From Candidatus Uhrbacteria bacterium (GTDB lineage: Bacteria > Patescibacteriota > Patescibacteriia > UBA9934 > UBA10169): a stretch of 64,000 nucleotides of DNA. Each line of letters opens with the position of its first letter. Position 1 is the stretch's first letter. The position numbers and the translations under genes are program-made. Shown one piece after another: positions 58,190-64,000 of this stretch. The notes beneath the pieces are model-generated. The model saw only the letters and a list, made by a program, of their open reading frames with translations. It did no database searches and was not told the origin of the DNA. The DNA lies in the NCBI GenBank assembly GCA_016187485.1, contig JACPJO010000005.1, forward strand, positions 7,499-71,498, in the 5' to 3' direction.

Positions 58190-58951
58190 ATGCCCTGGAG
58201 GAAAGAAGGACAACGGTGGAAGGGGATAGGGCCGTTTGCCCTGTTTTTTCTGGTCGTCCTTTTTCTTCTTGGCTGGAACCCTCTTCATACCGCGTGGTCG
58301 GCCCTTCAGCGCATAGGCGTGTCGATCTTGCGCTTAGGATCCTTTGCAGATGAAACATCGCGGGTAGAATCCCAACTCCAATCCTGTGCCGAAGATCTCG
58401 CGGAACTGCGCAGCCGTGTACCGCGCGAAGAAGAGCGCGCGCTTTTTACAAGTGAGACAGTTGTGGGGGGGTGGGGAAGCGTGCTTGGGTCTGTTATTGC
58501 GCGTTCCCTCATGGATGGCCGCTCCATTATTCTGGTAAACCGTGGAGAGGCCGATGGCGTGCAAGACGGCGCGGCGGTTGTTGCGGGTGACCGTATTCTT
58601 ATCGGTACCGTCGAGGATGTTCGCGCACATACGTCCGTCGTGCGTCTCGTCTCGGACCATCGCAGCCGTATTTCTTCAAAGACCGTCACTTCACAACTTG
58701 CGGGAGTGAGCGAGGGTGCACGCGGATCCTTACTCAATCTCACCTTCATTCCAAAAGAAGTTCCTCTTGCACTCGACGATCTTATTCTTACCGCTGGTCT
58801 TGAAGGAACAATCCCCGCCGACCTTGTTATTGGAACGATTACGGATATGACACAAGATGACACGGCCGCCTTCGGATCCGCATCTATTGAACCGCTGCTC
58901 GACTCACGTCTCATCTCGCTTGTGCGTATCTTCATTCCCCCGGCTTTATGA
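58190..58951 (+). CDS. mreC: Rod shape-determining protein MreC
   Basis: N-terminal TM, NRG..DGV..G..V, T.GL.G..P..L.IG; position after mreB. Confidence 0.9.
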   Translation: MPWRKEGQRWKGIGPFALFFLVVLFLLGWNPLHTAWSALQRIGVSILRLGSFADETSRVESQLQSCAEDLAELRSRVPREEERALFTSETVVGGWGSVLGSVIARSLMDGRSIILVNRGEADGVQDGAAVVAGDRILIGTVEDVRAHTSVVRLVSDHRSRISSKTVTSQLAGVSEGARGSLLNLTFIPKEVPLALDDLILTAGLEGTIPADLVIGTITDMTQDDTAAFGSASIEPLLDSRLISLVRIFIPPAL

Positions 58952-59448
58952 GTCGCGTACTTATTTACGCGGTTATCTTCCTTGCTCTGCTTTCCTTTGA
59001 GGTTGGGTTTTTAAACACTCTTCCGTGGCCGTGGAGTCTTACCCCGCTCATCCCGATCGTCTCTGTATGGATCTATCATACGTGGCACAGCCCGCTCGGG
59101 ATTTGGTTTCTCCTCGCCTGGGGATTTGCCATGGAGTGGCTTAACCTTTTCCCGTGGTTTTCGCCGCTTGTTGTGAGCGTGGTTATTGGGCTTGGCGTTT
59201 TGCTTTGGGTCGAGCGGCTCTTCAGCCATCGCTCGCTGTGGGGGCTTTTTGCCGTGTCCCTTTTGAGTATGGGTTCTTGGGCACTCGTGGAGGGTCTTTT
59301 CCGCCTTTTTAATGCCTCAACCGTTCCCGATGTCGCGCTCTTTGGTTTTGCAGAAAACATGCTTCTGCGGACACTCATGGCGCTGATGGTTTCTGTCCTT
59401 CTGTTCTTTTTTGAGGAGCGCATCCGCCGTCTGGGTCTACGCCTATGA
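58948..59448 (+). CDS. mreD: MreD-like membrane protein
   Basis: Polytopic ORF between mreC and mrdA. Confidence 0.7.
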   Translation: MSRVLIYAVIFLALLSFEVGFLNTLPWPWSLTPLIPIVSVWIYHTWHSPLGIWFLLAWGFAMEWLNLFPWFSPLVVSVVIGLGVLLWVERLFSHRSLWGLFAVSLLSMGSWALVEGLFRLFNASTVPDVALFGFAENMLLRTLMALMVSVLLFFFEERIRRLGLRL

Positions 59449-61394
59449 GCGCGCTTTTTCGTTTTGGATCACACGGCGGAGGGGCCGACGTTGTGCGTCA
59501 AGAGGCGTTTGCGCTGTCTCCGGATGTTCTCTGCGATACGCATGGAGCTTCTCTTGCGCCGCGAGCGTTTGGTCTTCGGCAGTACCTATTTGCACTTGTG
59601 CTTGTGGGGGTAGCGTGTGCCGTTTTGCTTGGGCGGGCCGCCTATCTGCAAGTTTTTCGCGGAGCGAGTTTCCGCGTTGTAGCCGAAGAAAACCGCACGC
59701 GACTCATCGTCTTTCCGGCGGAGCGTGGCGTGATTTATTCTGCCGACAAAACACTCCTTGCGCGCAACGAACCTTCCTTCACGCTTTTCGTCACGCCCGA
59801 TGACCTTCCGGAGGACCTTGAGGAGAGGCGTCGAGTGATTGAAGAGGCAGCAGGGATGGTCAGCATTGCGCCACCGGAGATTGAATTTGCTTTGGCAGAG
59901 TTTCCCGACGCGGCAGGCGAGGCCATCCCGGTGACAGGAGAGATTACCTATGAACGAGCGGTTCGCTTTCTTGTGGCCGAGGAGCGCCTCCCCGGCCTTT
60001 CCATGCGCATGGAGACGCGGCGCGCCTATGCGACATCGGCACTTCGGTCGCTTTCGCATGTGCTTGGGTACACGGGTTTCATTTCGCAAGAGGAGTATAC
60101 AACGCGGCGGTCACAGGGGTATCGGCGCGTGGACCGTGTCGGAAAAACAGGGGTGGAAGCGACGTATGAGGAGGCTTTGCACGGAGTGCATGGGGCACGT
60201 GTGGTGGAGGTGGATGCGCGCGGAAATGAGACGCGATTGATTCGTTTTGAGCCCGCACAAAATGGCAGCAACCTTTCTCTCTCGATTGACGCAGGACTTA
60301 CGGGATTTATCGAGAATCGTTTAGAAGAGTTTTTCCGTCGAAGCGGCCTCAATCGCGCGTCGGTGATTGCGCTTGATCCTCGGGACGGCGCGGTGCGAGC
60401 ACTTGTCTCGCTTCCAAGTTATGACAACAACCTTTTCTCGGGGCGCGTCTCGCCGGATATGTATAACGAGCTTTCCCTTGATCCAGACCATCCGCTTTTT
60501 TCTCGCGCGGTATCAGGGGAATTTCCCCCTGGTTCAACATTCAAGCCGACCGTGGCTGCGGTGGCGCTTTATGACGGAGTGATTGACGAGCGCACAAGTT
60601 TTCTTTCCACCGGCGGAGTGCGTATTGGGGAATGGTTTTTCCCGGATTGGAAGGCCGGCGGTCATGGGGTGACAGATGTGCGCAAAGCTCTTGCCGAATC
60701 CGTCAACACATTCTTCTATGCGGTGGGCGGGGGGCTTGGGGAATTTCGTGGACTAGGGATTGAGCGATTGAGGGAAGCGGTACGCGCGTTTGGGTTTGGG
60801 CAGACGCTTCAAGCGGATCTCCCCGGGGAGGCAGAGGGGTTCTTACCAAGCAAAACGTGGAAAGAATCTGCAAAGGGAGAGCGGTGGTATATTGGAGACA
60901 CGTATCACGCGGCCATCGGACAGGGAGACGTTCTTGTGACGCCGCTTCAGATGGCAGTTGCCACAGCGACGATTGCCAACGGCGGGGTGCGTTATGCGCC
61001 GCACGTGGTATCTTCGTTAGAACGCGACGGCGTAGAGACCTCCGTGGAGCCAGCGGTAGTGGAACGCCTTGCGGGATACGAAGAAGCGCTGCGCGTTGTT
61101 CGAGAGGGGATGCGTCAAGCGGTGACAGTAGGGAGCGCCAGAATGCTTGAAAGCTTGCCTGTGGCTGTTGCCGCAAAGACAGGCACGGCACAGACGCCGG
61201 GTGACAAGCCAACGCATGCGTGGTTTACGTCGTTTGGACCCTATGAGGCGCCGGAGCTTGTTGTAACGGTACTTATTGAGGAGGGCGGAGAAGGTTCTGC
61301 TGTTGCAGCCCCTCTTGCCCGCGATATTTACGCCTGGTGGTCCGCCAACCGCGGGTTTTCAAATGATCTTGACGATATTTTCGAGAGACGATAG
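59445..61394 (+). CDS. mrdA: Penicillin-binding protein 2
   Basis: STFK (SxxK), SVN (SxN), KTG; class B N-terminal RG.I, GKTGVE. Confidence 0.95.
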   Translation: MSALFRFGSHGGGADVVRQEAFALSPDVLCDTHGASLAPRAFGLRQYLFALVLVGVACAVLLGRAAYLQVFRGASFRVVAEENRTRLIVFPAERGVIYSADKTLLARNEPSFTLFVTPDDLPEDLEERRRVIEEAAGMVSIAPPEIEFALAEFPDAAGEAIPVTGEITYERAVRFLVAEERLPGLSMRMETRRAYATSALRSLSHVLGYTGFISQEEYTTRRSQGYRRVDRVGKTGVEATYEEALHGVHGARVVEVDARGNETRLIRFEPAQNGSNLSLSIDAGLTGFIENRLEEFFRRSGLNRASVIALDPRDGAVRALVSLPSYDNNLFSGRVSPDMYNELSLDPDHPLFSRAVSGEFPPGSTFKPTVAAVALYDGVIDERTSFLSTGGVRIGEWFFPDWKAGGHGVTDVRKALAESVNTFFYAVGGGLGEFRGLGIERLREAVRAFGFGQTLQADLPGEAEGFLPSKTWKESAKGERWYIGDTYHAAIGQGDVLVTPLQMAVATATIANGGVRYAPHVVSSLERDGVETSVEPAVVERLAGYEEALRVVREGMRQAVTVGSARMLESLPVAVAAKTGTAQTPGDKPTHAWFTSFGPYEAPELVVTVLIEEGGEGSAVAAPLARDIYAWWSANRGFSNDLDDIFERR

Positions 61395-61442
61395 ATTATG
61401 GTTATTCTCGTGGACATCCACGAGTCCCTGTTTTAAAAGCCT

Positions 61443-61898
61443 ATGGCCACCTACCTTAGCCAAGAAAAACTTGATGAGATGAAAAAGGAGCTCGAGCATC
61501 GCTCGCGCGTGCAGAGAAAGGAAATTGCCGAGCGTATTGCGTCGGCAAAAGAACTCGGCGATCTTTCCGAGAATTTTGAATACCACGAAGCGAAGGAGCA
61601 GCAGGCGCAGAACGAGTCGCGTGTCGTTCAGCTTCAAGATATGATTCGCGACGTCGTGCTTGTAGAGGAAAAATCTGGCGGAGATCGGATTGGACTCGGC
61701 AGCCGTTTTGTTGTCTCAAGAGAGAAAACCGAAAAGACATTCGAAATTGTTGGGGCGAACGAAGCGAATCCTGTAGAGGGAAAGATCAGTAATGAATCGC
61801 CTATTGGGCACGCGTTTATGGGTAAAAGGGTAGGGGAGAACGTCACCATAGACATCCCCTCCGGAAACGTCTCCTATACCATCGTGAAGATTCTTTAA
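61443..61898 (+). CDS. greA: Transcription elongation factor GreA
   Basis: GDLSENFEYHEAKE, KISNESPIG. Confidence 0.95.
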   Translation: MATYLSQEKLDEMKKELEHRSRVQRKEIAERIASAKELGDLSENFEYHEAKEQQAQNESRVVQLQDMIRDVVLVEEKSGGDRIGLGSRFVVSREKTEKTFEIVGANEANPVEGKISNESPIGHAFMGKRVGENVTIDIPSGNVSYTIVKIL

Positions 61899-61920
61899 TA
61901 CCCGCGGGGGCCTCCTCCTT

Positions 61921-62322
61921 ATGGCCGAAACTGTGGTAGTATTTGGAACGTTCGATGGTCTCCATGAGGGGCATCGGGCGTTCTTTCGTGAGGCCAAAGC
62001 GTGCGCCGACCGGCTCGTGGTCGTGGTTGCGCGAGACGTCACTGTCCAGCTCCTCAAGGGCCGGCCGGTACGGTATTCTGAACAAACGCGAATGGAGATG
62101 GTGAGGCGCGAGCCGGCAGTGGATGAGGTGCGGCTCGGAGACGCGGTGCTTGGCTCCTACGCTGTCCTTAAAGAGGTTCACCCGCGTGTCGTAGCCGTTG
62201 GGTACGACCAAGACACTCTTCTGGAAGATCTCACGCGGTGGAAAGAAACGCACATGCCCGACATCCGGCTTGTGAGACTGTCGGCCTATAAACCAGAACA
62301 GTACAAATCTTCTCTTCTATGA
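61921..62322 (+). CDS. Cytidylyltransferase-like / RibL-type FAD synthase
   Basis: FGTFDGLHEGH (HxGH), VVVARD, GYDQ, KSS. Confidence 0.85.
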   Translation: MAETVVVFGTFDGLHEGHRAFFREAKACADRLVVVVARDVTVQLLKGRPVRYSEQTRMEMVRREPAVDEVRLGDAVLGSYAVLKEVHPRVVAVGYDQDTLLEDLTRWKETHMPDIRLVRLSAYKPEQYKSSLL

Positions 62323-63590
62323 TTGACATTGCTCTTATCCGAAAAGACCCAGCGCGCATCGCGGAGGTCGCACAGCAAAAAGGGGTTGCGGTAGACGTAG
62401 ACCGCCTTCTGCATTTGGATGCGGAGCGCCGTGAGTTGGAAGGCGGAATCGCCGAGTGTAATCGTCTGCGTAAAGAGGCCGCGGCGGAAAAGAACGTGGC
62501 GCGCGGGAAAGAACTTAAGGAGCAGCTTTCACAAAAGGAAAAAGAGTTGAAAGAAATTGAGCCGGAACTCCAAGCGCTTTTACTTTCTATTCCGAATCTT
62601 CCCTCTGATGATACGCCGATTGGTTCGGATGAGTCCGCAAATGTGGTTCTCCGTACGGTGGGAGAGCCCAGGGCGCTCTCGTTTAAACCGAAAGATCATA
62701 TGGAGCTTGGGATATCGCTTGGACTTATTGATACCGCGCGCGCCGCGGATATTTCGGGAACACGTTTTGGTTACCTTTTTGGTGATGCCGTCCTCTTACA
62801 GTTTGCACTTATGAGGTTTGCTTTTGAGACGCTGACGAACCAAAGAGCGCTTGCGGACATCATCGCAAAGGCGGGGCTATCTGTTCTGGCAACACCGTTT
62901 ACTCCCGTTGTGCCGCCCGTGTTTATCAAGCCGGAAGTGTTTCAAAAAATGGGGCGGCTCGAGCCAAAGGAGGAACGGTACTATATTCCTTCAGACAATC
63001 AGTTTTTAATCGGGAGTGCAGAGCATACACTCGGACCTCTGCACATGGATGAAACAATTCCTGTCGAAAAACTTCCTCTTCGTTACGTGGGATACTCGAC
63101 AAGTTTTCGTCGTGAAGCGGGGTCGTATGGAAAGGATACGCACGGCATTTTACGCGTGCACCAATTCGACAAAGTAGAGATGGAATCGTTTACGGCACCC
63201 GGGGATGGACTTGCCGAGCAAGATTTTTTTGTTGCGATTCAAGAGCATCTCGTGACCTCTCTTGGCCTGCCGTACCGCGTCATTCTGTGCTCAACCGGAG
63301 ATCAAGGCACACCGGATGCGCGGCATCTCGATGTAGAGGTATGGATGCCTGGGGAAGGGAAGTACCGTGAGACGCATTCAGCCGACTACATGACGGATTA
63401 CCAAGCGCGACGGCTCGGTACACGCGTAAAGGATGGTGGAGGAATGACGTATGCGCATATGAATGATGCTACGGTTTTTGCTATCGGCCGCATGCTCATC
63501 GCCATCTTGGAGAATGGCCAGCAGGAAGATGGGCGAGTGCGTGTGCCAGACGCGCTTCAGAAATTTGTGGGCAAGGAGGTTATTGGGTAG
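62319..63590 (+). CDS. serS: Serine--tRNA ligase
   Basis: N-terminal coiled coil, GSAE, FRREAGSYGKDT.GILRVHQF.KVE. Confidence 0.96.
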   Translation: MIDIALIRKDPARIAEVAQQKGVAVDVDRLLHLDAERRELEGGIAECNRLRKEAAAEKNVARGKELKEQLSQKEKELKEIEPELQALLLSIPNLPSDDTPIGSDESANVVLRTVGEPRALSFKPKDHMELGISLGLIDTARAADISGTRFGYLFGDAVLLQFALMRFAFETLTNQRALADIIAKAGLSVLATPFTPVVPPVFIKPEVFQKMGRLEPKEERYYIPSDNQFLIGSAEHTLGPLHMDETIPVEKLPLRYVGYSTSFRREAGSYGKDTHGILRVHQFDKVEMESFTAPGDGLAEQDFFVAIQEHLVTSLGLPYRVILCSTGDQGTPDARHLDVEVWMPGEGKYRETHSADYMTDYQARRLGTRVKDGGGMTYAHMNDATVFAIGRMLIAILENGQQEDGRVRVPDALQKFVGKEVIG

Positions 63591-63592
63591 AC

Positions 63593-64000
63593 ATGCATGC
63601 GTATCGCACATGGATAGAAGTGAGTTCGTCGGCGCTCGCGCACAATGTCCGGGCGCTCTCGTCTTGTTTATCGCCTGATGTCCAGATGATTGCGATTGTA
63701 AAGGCAGATGCCTATGGGCACGGGTTGAGAGAAGTCGCAGGACTGCTTTGGCGGGAAGGGGTGCGCGTGTTTGGAGTGGATTCTCTTGAAGAAGCTCTTG
63801 TTGTGCGCGAATGCCTTCCTCAAGCAACCGTTATCATTTTAGGATTCGTTCCAGACAGCTCTCTTCCTCTTGTTGTCTCCCATCACCTTCACATCGGTAT
63901 GTATGATCTTGAGCAAGTTCGTTTGCTCGAGGAGGCTGCGGCGGGAGCGGAGGAGTCTGTCTCTGTGCATATAAAAATTGAAACGGGGACAGCTCGACAG
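63593..64000 (+). CDS. alr: Alanine racemase, 5' part (runs off window)
   Basis: Manual translation MHAYRTWIEVS..AL.HN...IVKADAYGHG...VHIKIETG..R. Confidence 0.93.
   Translation, partial: MHAYRTWIEVSSSALAHNVRALSSCLSPDVQMIAIVKADAYGHGLREVAGLLWREGVRVFGVDSLEEALVVRECLPQATVIILGFVPDSSLPLVVSHHLHIGMYDLEQVRLLEEAAAGAEESVSVHIKIETGTARQ

Overview
A 64-kb chromosomal segment of a small-genome bacterium, most likely Patescibacteria/CPR (Parcubacteria-like). This is inferred from gene content and typical CPR hypothetical families; the standard code 11 is used. Core content: msrB, ABC-F ATPase, DEAD-box helicase, type IV pilus/competence cluster, rpmG, ABC-2 exporter, mutY, xth, pepA, peroxiredoxin, rsmI, metG, tatD, a complete atpBEFHAGDC operon, UvrD-nuclease fusion, dciA-like gene, mreBCD-mrdA, greA, serS and alr. 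Non-core features: (1) a tRNA-Asn(GUU) split by a 266-nt group I intron, preceded by a small GIY-YIG nuclease gene bracketed by a duplicated, hairpin-interrupted copy of the tRNA 5' end; (2) two tandem islands at the tRNA 3' end (GGAGCCA cores), the first with a recombinase remnant, a type III R-M system, a Cas2/VapD-like gene and an XRE + ImmA/IrrE pair; (3) three unrelated, very GC-rich orphan genes sharing one promoter style and one conserved 3' hairpin module, resembling self-contained cassettes; (4) palindromic REP-like elements inserted in frame into atpD and tatD; (5) a PLP enzyme / M14 deacylase / ACP-like / twin FemABX-like cluster. Many starts were moved to the most plausible internal codon; GC statements are by-eye estimates.
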